The notes under the pieces are model-generated. The model worked only from the letters and a program-made list of their open reading frames with translations. It was not told the origin of the DNA and searched no databases. This document shows positions 56,119-64,000 of a stretch of 64,000 bases of DNA, piece by piece (position 1 is the stretch's first letter; the number at the start of each line of letters is the position of its first letter). Source of the DNA: Hypanus sabinus (lineage: Eukaryota); contig NC_082723.1 of the NCBI RefSeq assembly GCF_030144855.1, positions 39,680,001-39,744,000 on the forward strand. The letters run 5' to 3'. The position numbers and the translations under genes were made by a program.

Positions 56119-59100
56119 CCATCTGGGACATGTCTTCTTTTCACTATCATCAGGGAGAAGGTACAGGAGCCTCAAGACCCTCACTCAATGTTTTAGAAAC
56201 TGCTTCTTCCCTTCTATCAGATTTCTGAATGCATCACAAACCCATGAACACTTCTTCACTGATTCTTTTGAAGAACTCACTTGAAACACCAAACAGGAGA
56301 TATTCTCATGTATGTCAACAGAGAGAAAGACTAGAGAGTGGGGACAGACAGAAGAAGGGGAAGGGACTAGAAAAAGGAGGAAGAATGAGGAAGACAGCAG
56401 GAGAGATTGGAGTAGAGTGTAGGGGTAATAGATTGTAAAGTATGGGGTTATGGGATTTTGTTGGTGGAGAAGAGAAGAAAGAGATAGAACAAAAGTGATC
56501 CAATTATCTCCAACCTTGTGCACCCAGTAGAAGAGTTGAGGAATAATAACCGACATCACAAGTATCAGACTGTGCTATTTATTAGATAATTGCCAAGAAG
56601 ATGTGAAAATGTATAATTTAAATATTTCACATAATTTGTTAAAAACTATGTGCACAATATACCCCTCAGGCAAAAACGGAGGAGAAATTTCAACATCACA
56701 AGAAAATTTCACAAAACAGAAAAAATATTTGGCAACATATACACCAAAAATGGAAAAAATGGATTAAAACACAAAAATGAAATGATTTTATTACTTCTTT
56801 GGATCACTAATGAATAATGCTACAGAGTATGTGGTTTCATTTAGAAAGGTTTCATTACTGGACAAATATTTTAGAAGCCATTCCTGGGTGATCCGGTGAC
56901 ATGAGCTAGAATCCCACCAAGCCAGCTAAAGAACCTAACTTCAGTTAGTTATGTCAGGTGAAATTCCATACCCATCCAAACAACATTTTCCATTGAGCTA
57001 CCTGGCATTACCACCATCCAAAAGAGGATAAATTCAAAATTGCAAACTATCTCATGCAGCCTTGCTACTAACTTTGATTGACAAGTTGAAAAGGCCCTGC
57101 AAACATACAGTATAAACGCTGATGTTCTAATACTTAATGGTGAGGAACTTCTCCCACAAATCTACAACTTTATCTCTGACATCTAAGAAGAGAAGAAAGG
57201 GTCAGTGAATCTCAGAATGACTGAGTTCCACAAGAAAGGACACAAATCCAATTTTCTAACTATTTAGGGATTTCCAAGATACTCTTTCCACTGACACACT
57301 AACTCCTCAAGTCTAAGAGAAGGGAACAGCACCAACCACAAAATATGCGGCTTTCTACCTCATTCGAACCTTTGAATACATTGATTGTGTGGGACTGTGG
57401 AGCATCTTCCTTACATTTGGATGCCCATACAAATTTCTCTGAGTTATATTTGCTTCATGATGGTTTGCCTAACCAATGCATTAATACATTCACAAGAGGC
57501 CCATCTCACTACAGACCAGTATCAAACAAGGTTGCACAATCACTTTGGCACTTCTACATTTTCTTGCCGTAATACTTTGCTCTGCCTCCAACAAGCTGCC
57601 CATTAGAGTGAAGTTCATCTGCAGAACCATTGGGAAAACTGTTCAATCTACTTCACCTCACTTCAGACCCAAGTTAGGACCAAATCCAGTATCAGCTGCT
57701 GCATGCTTACAATGCTTATGCACTCAGATGTCAGGTTCCAAGTTGTTGCTGATTCTCTAAGTGAAGAGCTTAAATCTCACCGAGACAGCCGAAGAATTTA
57801 AATTCAATTAACATGAAGTCTCTTCAACATGAGCTCATGCTCCATTGTGTTATGTGGCATGACCAGTACCCTCAAAAGAATAGATTTAGAACATGTCCAG
57901 TGGCTCTGTGCTGGGCATCAGAGGGACAGGGCGATCAGATATCCATAGCAGAAAGATCAGGTGAATTTGTGCACGGGAAAGACATCACAGTTCTGGGAAC
58001 TTTGAAAACATGCCAAAATTGGGAATGCTGTTCAATAGAACTATCAAGCTTGACACCATCACTCAAAAGAATCATACCCTTTAATATCCCAGACATACCC
58101 ATCCCTTTCTTATTGGCTCAACATACCCATCATGACTAATACAAAAAAATGAGCGTGTTGCTCAGATACTTCAATTGTCAATGGTGGGCAAGGCAATCTA
58201 TGCAGAACATCACCTCCTATCCTGCCTTGTCTGATGAATTAGAGGTCCACCATAATAAAAATTACTACAAAGAATAAGGCATAAAATGCAGCCAAATGGG
58301 TGGATGGAAAGGAGGGGAAAGGGGTCTTTATTTTCCACTTTCAAGAGTAGTTTGAGTGTACCATTTTTCACCTAGCTGGCCAAATCCAGGACATGACTGT
58401 GAGTAGTTCAGCAGAAGATGAAGAAAAATTGACATGATTTTGACCTCACATTGCTATGTCGTAGGATACAATCACTGTATTTTGTTAGAGAAATTCTAAA
58501 TAAAACTGATATTTCAAAACTGGGTATGTCTGAGGTGCTCTGAGACACAATTAATAGTAGAACTGTATTTCACTATATTCAAAATCATGACCCAGTACTT
58601 CCTCGCTACTGTTGAAGTACGGGACACAATTCAATGAAGATTGCGGAAGAGCATGCATGGATCACTAAGCATTCTTAAAGATGATATCACATCATTACAT
58701 TCTCAAGGGTAATTTGGAATAGATAATAAACACTGGTCTTTGCAGCAACATTCATTACTTACGTGTAATTACTTGTCATTAAACCTGATATTTAATCTCA
58801 GATGAAATCTGTGGATAGAATATTCCACATAAGACTGTTGCTGGTAAACCTTTTCCTAATCTCTTCAAAATTGGTCCCATCGCCATTAACTGTCCTGTAA
58901 GCCACAACACTTCATTCCAGTAAAAAGGCCATCAAAATGAATTTAGATTAGTGAAGGTTTCCCCAGGAGCTGCTACATTTGCTACATTCCTGTAATTTTC
59001 TATTCTGCACTCATTGTTAAATGCTAACAGAAAATGATAGTACTATTTTATTTTGGAAAGAAGGATTAGCATTTATAAGCACACAAGCAAAATGCTGGAA

Positions 59101-60128
59101 GAACTCAGCAGGTCAGCATTTATAAAGATAGTTCCACAATCATTGTCCACAGCAGTTTAGACGCTTCAGAAAATGCTCTGACATGATAAGGTGCTTTTTA
59201 GTGCAACACCATTATTGTGTTTTGCTGAAATCATCCCGACAAAGCTGCTGCAATGTGTTATCCAGAAGAAGAGCCAGGTAACTCATTTATAGATCCCATT
59301 TCTCATTGGGATTTTGCTGAATTAAATACACTAGACTTTACATAAATAAAGAGCCAAGAAATTTAAAACAGGCCCTAATTAAAATAAGTCATTCTGTATT
59401 CTTGGAGTATAAAGTCTGTACAAATGTCATATTTCAATAGATTCCTTTGCAAGATTATCTATGTGAGTTCTGAGCTGGAATTTGACATTCTTTGCATTTA
59501 TATATAAATCCATACATATCTCTCTTCTCCTCCCCTTTAAGTAGGGTGCCCTTTCCCAAGGTACTTTTCCACAGCTTCTCCTTACAGAATCTAATCCCAG
59601 TTGATGAGTGTTGACAGACTATTTGCCCATAGCAGAATTAGGCCATTTGGCCCATCGAATCTGTCCCACCATTCAGTCATGGCTGATTTGTTATCCCTCT
59701 CAACCCATTCATGACCGAGCTCACATTTTTACCCTCAGATCATCCTGGGATGAGTGCTGCTTGACAATAATGGGGAAAATGTATACTCAATGACACTGTT
59801 CCCCTGACACAAACTACAGTTCCCCCTCTTTGCCTGAGATCAGCTGTGACTAGCTTTCTTTTAAACAATTCTTCCTGCTGCATACTAGAAAACTGACTTC
59901 TTAGAAATATTCTTAGAGATACAGCATGGCAACAGGCTTTTCAGCCAATGAGCCTGCGAGGCAAAATTACACCCATGTGACCAATTACATCTTGGAATGT
60001 GGGAGGAAACCAGAGCACCCAGAGGAAACCCACCTGGTAACGGGGAGAATGTACAAACTGCTTACAGGCAGGAGTGGGAATTGAATCCACGTCACTGACT
60101 TTGTTTTAGCATTACGCTAACCACTATT

Positions 60129-60248
60129 GTGCCTAATCTCATCTGGTATTGAAAGCTAAGCATGCTCACACCTGACTGATACTTAGATGAGAAACTGCCT
60201 GGGAATAGCAGGTGCCCCAGGCTAGCCTATTGCCATACTAGCCCGAAA
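60129..60248 (+). pseudogene. Degenerate 5S rRNA copy, circularly permuted (nt ~25-119 followed by nt ~1-24)
   Basis: Gap-free similarity to 5S (AAGCTAAGCA, TACTT.GATG.GA, GCCTGGGAATA, AGGCT), followed by GCCTATTGCCATACTAGCCCGAAA, which resembles the 5S 5' end. Confidence 0.8.
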
Positions 60249-61640
60249 ATTTCTAGAAGTCAAATTCCTTCATGAAGACCAGGAGTTTGGGAAAGTAAGT
60301 TCCTGAAGTCAGTCTTTTGCTAATTATCTCTCAATTTATGATCAATTCAATGATAATTTGGGCAAATCCTATTCCAACTTGCAGGGATAATAACAAAAAG
60401 TAATTATTATCTACACTTTCAACTATTGGCCGAGGGTGAAAGCCAACCTGCTGATGGCCAATTAAACTCCAGAGATCAAGTAGGTGTTGAGAATTGGCAG
60501 TTCTGGTCCACAATCTCCAAAAGATGCTTGCTTCACGAGGAATATTAAGATAATCTAATGCAGTGGGGTTTAGAAGCTTCTAGTTACAAGGCTGATGATA
60601 AGGCCTATGGCCAGGACAAGGAAGCCATCTTTTTTCTGCGTCTGGTGGTACTGTTCCCAAATAGATAGCAATTTGATTTTCCAGTGTCAGCATCCCGAAC
60701 CTCAATGAATGAATGCAAAATTATAGTCCCTTGGCAAGATCTGTTCCTCAGCAATTTCACCTCACTTCCTGGCATCCCAGGTCACCTACTACCACTATTA
60801 ACAATTAAACAGTTTTTGTGCTGCTTCTTAACAGAAATAGAAATAAAATTTGAATGCAATAAAAAAAAAGGATCCGGTACCTCCTGCAGGTTTGTGTGCA
60901 AGCTAAACTTACTGTACACATTTTCTATTTGAGTAACTTTCCCTCTGTCAGTTCAAAAACAATTTCTATTGTGGCTCTTCATCCCAGATCAATCTTTACT
61001 CTTATTGACTTTCAATCTTCAGAATAGCTCAAACAACTGACGGTTATTTACGCGTCAACTCAATTTGTACTATTCAAACTTAGGAGCTATCAGAGACAAT
61101 CCCGTGTTGTTCTCTGAATGTATTTATCAGGAACAGAGCCTGGATCTGATTCGTTCAGAAGTGCAAAGAGTGATCACCATCACCAGCTTTGACCCTGAAA
61201 ACAATAATTAGAACTGGGGCTATTTTTCCAGATTTTGGGATGATGTGCTATGGGTATTATCTGCGGACAGGAAGAAAGACTGTGCTGTACTGACCCTGAG
61301 AAATGCAAACACAAATCAATTTAAGATGAGAAATGGTGAGCCCTCCACTACCACAGAAACAAATGGCAACTACATTTCATGGAGTGGGCCTCAGCCATGG
61401 TAAGAAATGCTTTGAAACTATACAGCCCAACTTTTAATCATCCTATTTATTTGGAAAAGACAGGAATGGACATTTTAAAAATGTATTTTCTTTGTCCTAA
61501 ATCAAATGCTTATCTAGGATAGCCTTTCATCACATCAACCAAAAATTGTCTTAAATCATTTGCCAACATCCCACTGTCTACAATAGAACTTAATGGTTAT
61601 CTTAAATAATTAAGAGAAAACCTATTGTACAACATTATAC

Positions 61641-64000
61641 TTACATATCAATATACTGTCCCTGCTGTCCTGAACTACCAGTCTCCATTCTATCACCATT
61701 ATCTGATTGATCATTTGCTTTCTCATAAAAGGGTTGAGGACTTTTCTCCTCAAAACCCACTCCTGTTCGTCTCCTGTCGCTTTGCTCCTCATTCTTAGTT
61801 TCCAACAAAGACAGGTTCAGCGACTGCCATTGAGCAGTTCCACCATTTTCTTTACCTGAGCACTGACTGCTGGCCTTCTCTTCAGAAGTTCCCTCACCAC
61901 TCACTATTCCTTTGGCGGTCTCTGGCTCTGTACTCTGCATGCTCTGATCTATCCTGCTGGTTTCCTTGTGGGTTGAAGGTATGGAATGTGCAGCAAATGG
62001 TACACTGGTGCTTGCTCCTCTACTTTCACATGAATGTGATCTCACAAAGTTGAAACATTCAGGTCCAGCATCTTGATTTGACCTCATCTCATGCCTCATT
62101 CCACACTGATAATTGTGGTCACTCTGCTCCTGCCAGGTACCACAAGGCAGACCCCTCATCTCACTGGAATGAACATCAGGACTTACTGATGGCATCAGAG
62201 ATGCTGAAGGCCTGCTTGGATATCCACCCTCCTCAGGTTTAGTTATATCTCTGCCTGTCCAACCCAGGTGTGAATATGTTTCACCTGCAGTACGAGGGCT
62301 CTGTTCTGTACTGCACCCTACATGTGACTGGCTTTCCATGGAATATTTAGCTCTACTGCTAGAATCTTTCTCCCCACCTTTCGGCACAGTGTCACAGAGA
62401 GGTTCAGTGAAGACGACATTGCATGATTTCAATTTGCTTACAGTTCCCTCTAAAGACATTGCTTGAACTGCTTCTGGTTGAGGCTGTCTCACACCCTGCT
62501 CTCTGAGATCAATACATTGTCCACTTAGCTCCCGAACCAAGGGTGGAATTGCTTTGAAACCCGCAGCTGCCTGTTTGTCCTGTACGTTCTGGGTGATGCA
62601 GTTTCCTAAGGGATTATCCACCTGCAGGACGTTACTGTGCAAATCACACTTGCTGATACTGCTCTCTTTCCCTTGACAGTCTGTGGTACCAACTTGCAAA
62701 ATCCCCTGCTCAAGTGCAGTTTTAGTTTGAAACACAGTTGACAATTCTCTGACAATTGGTCTGTGTTCAGTCTGGTGCTCTGCGCTGTGAATAACACAAG
62801 CGTCCTGAAGCAAACCTGGATCATGAATGCGAGCCTTGCTTTCAGCAGCAGCACTTTCCATACCTCCAAATGAGCACCCAGCTGTGACCGCCTCTTCCTC
62901 ATGATGCGGTTCCTTCATACCAACGCTGCAAGATCCCTCAGTCTGCTGAGAAATGGAAGACATTTCTGCACCATGGCCTGGCACTTTTAACGATCTGTTT
63001 CTTTCGCCTCGCTCTATAAAATCTTGCACTTCACCCTGGTCTTTCAAGCTTTCCTCAGCTACACTATTCCCTCTGGCTTTTTCTGCTAGGAATCTCAGGA
63101 TTTCTTGCTCAATACCATCGTCACTATCTCCGGAACTGCTGTCTCCGGTCATGGTTTTTTGAGTTACTGGTTCAACCACGGTGGATGGCGTTGTAGATAA
63201 CAAGACCGATATGGGCCTTCCCATTCTAACCATACTGCCATTTCCTTCACCTTCTGATGTCTCCCCAGCTCTTTTGTTATTTTTACTTTTAAAGTCTAAA
63301 TAACTTCTACAGACTGTCCTACTAGATTTTGACAAACAGCTCTTCAGGGGAGCATGGCTCAATGCAAGCCCTTCACCAGTGGCCTTGGGAGTTTCATTCC
63401 CAATACCAGTGTTTTGCTCAGAGAAGGTGAGCACCTCTGCCCCTGTAAACCGTACACGCTTCCTGCACCAGTTCTTAGAGTCCCTTGATCTTCTCCCCAC
63501 TCTTTTTCTGGTCTTCAGAAGATCCATTGTAGCAGTATCCAGATCTTCATCACTGTCCAATGAACTACTTTTGTCGTCTGTCTGCCAAGCATCATGGACT
63601 GGCTTATGACAGGACTGTATGCTGGTAGCCCAGTTTGGCGATAATTTGCCCTGATTTCTATTGATTGCCTTGCTGTCCCAGACATTGCTTATGTCTAAAG
63701 TATCTTGCTCCAACAGATCTTTTTTAAGTTTAATCTTGGAGGGAGCAGTGTCAGGGTCAGTCCTGGAAACAGGTGCCCCACTGGCAACTGGCTGGCTTTC
63801 TCTCAACTTTTCTTTTCCAGTCTTATGACCAACACTGTCATTAGACTTCAGACTTTCTTTCTGCAATAAGGGCATCTGAGATGAAGACAGAGGAGAGAAC
63901 AAGTTCAGACTATCTTCTTCCTTCAGATCTGAGGGGAAGACTTTGACTGACTCACTCATAGCCTCCACTTTATTTGACTTCTCATTCCTTTGGCTCACCT
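61641..64000 (-). CDS. PPP1R26: Protein phosphatase 1 regulatory subunit 26 (KIAA0649), large exon, 5'-truncated by the window edge
   Basis: 785-codon open frame with SSSLDSDEDLDTATMDLLK and DSSSGDSDDGIEQEILRFLAEKA acidic-helix repeats typical of PPP1R26. PP1-docking KRVRF at 63447-63461. It probably splices at AT|GTAAGT (61645/61644) instead of using the TAA. Confidence 0.88.
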   Translation of the reverse strand, partial: VSQRNEKSNKVEAMSESVKVFPSDLKEEDSLNLFSPLSSSQMPLLQKESLKSNDSVGHKTGKEKLRESQPVASGAPVSRTDPDTAPSKIKLKKDLLEQDTLDISNVWDSKAINRNQGKLSPNWATSIQSCHKPVHDAWQTDDKSSSLDSDEDLDTATMDLLKTRKRVGRRSRDSKNWCRKRVRFTGAEVLTFSEQNTGIGNETPKATGEGLALSHAPLKSCLSKSSRTVCRSYLDFKSKNNKRAGETSEGEGNGSMVRMGRPISVLLSTTPSTVVEPVTQKTMTGDSSSGDSDDGIEQEILRFLAEKARGNSVAEESLKDQGEVQDFIERGERNRSLKVPGHGAEMSSISQQTEGSCSVGMKEPHHEEEAVTAGCSFGGMESAAAESKARIHDPGLLQDACVIHSAEHQTEHRPIVRELSTVFQTKTALEQGILQVGTTDCQGKESSISKCDLHSNVLQVDNPLGNCITQNVQDKQAAAGFKAIPPLVRELSGQCIDLREQGVRQPQPEAVQAMSLEGTVSKLKSCNVVFTEPLCDTVPKGGEKDSSSRAKYSMESQSHVGCSTEQSPRTAGETYSHLGWTGRDITKPEEGGYPSRPSASLMPSVSPDVHSSEMRGLPCGTWQEQSDHNYQCGMRHEMRSNQDAGPECFNFVRSHSCESRGASTSVPFAAHSIPSTHKETSRIDQSMQSTEPETAKGIVSGEGTSEEKASSQCSGKENGGTAQWQSLNLSLLETKNEEQSDRRRTGVGFEEKSPQPFYEKANDQSDNGDRMETGSSGQQGQYIDM

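Noticed and set aside
62606-63609. Short ORFs overlapping the PPP1R26 exon
   Set aside because: Alternative-frame or antisense shadows of the real CDS.

Overview
Vertebrate nuclear genomic DNA. The repeat content (Penelope-like elements, Rex1/Babar and CR1 LINEs, HE1/V-type tRNA SINEs) suggests a cartilaginous fish, probably a ray; this is inference. The window is a rearranged Surfeit-type locus. From left to right: an orphan CpG promoter with a non-coding first exon of an unidentified minus-strand gene (~1.9 kb); DNLZ (minus, 3 exons, 171 aa); RPL7A (plus, 8 exons, 266 aa, 5'TOP), hosting SNORD24 in intron 3 and three SNORD36 copies in introns 4-6; SURF1 (minus, 9 exons, 297 aa) tail-to-tail with RPL7A; and the 3' part of the large PPP1R26 coding exon (minus, truncated by the window edge), with a probable additional downstream exon. 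MED22 and SURF2, which flank RPL7A and SURF1 in mammals, were not found in their expected positions. Intergenic and intronic DNA is dense with transposon fragments. Most notable are more than 14 Penelope-like element ends carrying minimal hammerhead-ribozyme motifs, often as inverted pairs, including a 1.2-kb palindrome with a 13-bp target duplication. There is also a circularly permuted 5S rRNA pseudogene. Exon boundaries were read by hand from GT/AG sites and frame continuity; repeat boundaries are approximate.
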